A stretch of DNA of 64,000 bases from Macrostomum lignano (taxonomy: Eukaryota), in NCBI GenBank assembly GCA_002269645.1, contig NIVC01002206.1, positions 128,518-192,517 on the forward strand, read 5' to 3'. The position numbers and the translations under genes were made by a program. The notes below the pieces were generated by a model that did no database searches, was not told the origin of the DNA, and saw only the letters and a program-made list of their open reading frames with translations. Below, piece after piece: positions 24,410 to 64,000 of this stretch; within the stretch, counting starts at the first letter, position 1; the number at the start of each line of letters is the position of its first letter.

Positions 24410-24980
24410 TCTGACTTGACAGTCTGACATCATCTAATCTGTCAGGAGACTTCAGTCTGACATCATATGATCTGTCAGGAGACTTCAGTCTGACATCATA
24501 TGATCTGTCAGGAGACTTCAGTCTGACATCATATGATCTGTCAAGAGACTTCAGTCTGACATCATCTAATCTGTCAAGAGACTTCAGTCTGACATCATAT
24601 GATCTGTCAAGAGACTTCAGTCTGACATCATCTAATCTGTCAAGAGACTTCAGTCTAACATCATATGATCTGTCAAGAGACTTCAGTCTGACATCATCTA
24701 ATCTGTCAGGAGACTTCAGTCTGACATCATCTAATCTGTCAAGAGACTTCAGTCTGACATCATCTAATCTGTCAGGAGACTTCAGTCTGGCATCATATGA
24801 TCTGTCAAGAGACTTCAGTCTGACATCATCTAATCTGTCAAGAGACTTCAGTCTGACATCATCTAATCTGTCAAGAGACTTCAGTCTGACATCATCTAAT
24901 CTGTCAAGAGACTTCAGTCTGACATCATCTAATCTGTCAAGAGACTTCAGTCTGACATCATATGATCTGTCAGGAGAATC
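24410..24980. repeat. 33-bp minisatellite (ctgtcaagagacttcagtctgacatcatctaat)
   Basis: About 17 units. Confidence 0.95.
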
Positions 24981-25320
24981 CAACCTGAAATCTGAAACAC
25001 TCGAGCAAATATTTACGAGCGTATGCAGTTTAAATGCATTCCATAATATCATATACTCAATTCAAAATTTTACACACCACAGATAGCATGAGCCCATGTT
25101 TTTATCAAACGCAAATATTTTGCATAAAAAAGGCTTTCGCCAAATACCAGAGATTCGGCAAGCCTGCCAGGGTTTTGAGTATTTTTGTGTATTTTTTCAT
25201 ATTTCTATAATAGCCATAACAAACCGACTGAATTATAGTGTCGGGCAGATAAGCTACAGTATTTGCGCCTGTTGCGTGCCTTTCTAGAGTCAAACTGGCA
25301 TACTTAAGGCTCTGCCGGCT

Positions 25321-25861
<541 letters not shown>

Positions 25862-25907
25862 CACTGTCAATCAGCCTAGTAATTAACAGTATCCAAGCCT
25901 GGAACAC

Positions 25908-64000
<38,093 letters not shown>

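Overview
Intron-rich animal genomic DNA with GC-rich exons, AT-rich intergenic DNA and very dense tandem repeats. The style suggests a flatworm such as Macrostomum, but that is inference only. All recognisable host genes are on the minus strand. (1) The 5' coding exon of a USP24-like deubiquitinase (795-1328). (2) A recently inserted but disabled Ty3/Gypsy (Mag-like) LTR retrotransposon (1874-6393) with 222-bp LTRs, a 5-bp TSD, non-canonical TG..AA ends and a Tc1/mariner excision footprint in its RT. (3) An AT-rich zone of DNA-transposon relics (hAT, IS630-Tc1-mariner, MULE-like MITE). (4) A Brainiac-like GT31 glycosyltransferase with two candidate first exons. (5) A hemicentin gene running from beyond 64000 down to 25908, with 37 exons in the window encoding about 4,070 aa: vWA, about 28 Ig, 6 TSP1, G2F, EGF/cbEGF and a fibulin C-terminal domain. 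Phases were checked by hand, and four 1-nt deletions are needed to keep the frame. The most striking unexplained structure is that about 29 of the 36 hemicentin introns each carry their own tandem array with a different unit. Several arrays are built from 5' splice-site or branch-point-like motifs, or from perfect AP-1, NF-Y or TCF motifs. A tRNA-headed SINE-like family with a conserved central hairpin domain occurs three times. Repeat boundaries are approximate.
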